Source: Octopus sinensis (taxonomy: Eukaryota). From it: DNA of 64,000 bases. Each line of letters opens with the position of its first letter. Positions within the stretch are counted from its first letter, which is position 1. Shown in pieces: positions 63,465 through 64,000 of this stretch. The notes below the pieces were generated by a model. It made no database searches. It had not been told where the DNA came from and saw only the letters and a program-made list of their open reading frames with translations. The position numbers and the translations under genes were made by a program. The stretch lies in the NCBI RefSeq assembly GCF_006345805.1, contig NC_043000.1, positions 42,036,001 through 42,100,000 of the forward strand, given 5' to 3'.

Positions 63465-64000
63465 TTACCCAAGTTTAACATCATCTCCTTCGAAATAGTC
63501 ACTTTGCGCAGCAATACACCAGTTACAGTGTTTCTGCCATTTTTGGAACCTGACTTGGAAGTTGATTTCTGTAAGTGAGTCAAGGACCTTCTGCGATTCA
63601 CTCTGGATCTTGATAATGATGTTAAAACGGTAATGTTTTAACTGCATTTTCCTCTTGGGAAAGAGATGCAAGTTTGCAGGTGCTAAATCTGATGAATAGA
63701 GTGGGTGCAGAAGTGATAACAAGTTGTTTTTGGTGAGAAACACACGAATGAGGAGAACCTGGTGAGAGGGTACATTGTGGTCATGAAAACTCCAATTCTT
63801 CACAGACATTAGGATTGTCTGCATGGACCCATCCGACAGACCAACCACATCAATGATGCCATTGATTGTCCTCCGACAATCCTCATGCCCAACCAGATGA
63901 ATTTTCTCCTCACTTCCAGGGGTGACGTTCATGGCAAGTCTTCTAGATTGCTCATCATCATCCAGGAATGTTCTTCCGCTTTTGAAGCACCCATGCCACT
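63465..64000 (-). pseudogene. Mariner-type transposase remnant (C-terminal catalytic region)
   Basis: HDNVPSH...HPLYSSDLAPANLHLFP...FQKWQKHCNWCIAAQSDYFEGD resembles the mariner HDNA / YSPDLAP / YFEGD motifs. Confidence 0.8.

Noticed and set aside
59374-64000. Further upstream CFAP47 exons
   Set aside because: I found no open segment with splice signals and CFAP47-like sequence; the next exon is probably outside the window or was missed by eye.

Overview
AT-rich, repeat-dense eukaryotic DNA. The repeat families resemble those of Octopus (inference from recognising SINE/LINE sequences, not a database result). The whole window lies inside one minus-strand gene, a CFAP47 orthologue. I could chain 18 exons (59373 down to 4107) by GT-AG signals and phase continuity, plus one weaker exon. 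The introns hold tRNA-type SINEs, RTE 3' fragments, MITEs, mariner/Tc1 and CR1/R4 remnants, and a near-intact RTE LINE with a PHD finger inside its RT (38533-42306). The standout is a very young 7.26-kb Penelope-like element (PLE) insertion at 21227-28490: two near-identical ~3.55-3.7-kb copies joined head-to-head inside a (TA)n tract. Its RT (642 aa) and GIY-YIG endonuclease (~252 aa consensus) are two ORFs joined by an overlapping TAATG stop-start. Each arm has a perfect-core type I hammerhead ribozyme. The inversion junction shows AATC microhomology and a three-copy 17-19 nt stutter. The right arm is longer than one unit (41-nt terminal redundancy) and both arms read through the ribozyme cleavage site, which suggests a circular or multimeric RNA template primed from both sides of a break. 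Two further minimal hammerhead-like motifs with a shared non-canonical core (CUGU) lie in short TA-flanked repeats. All coordinates were read by eye and may be off by a few bases.
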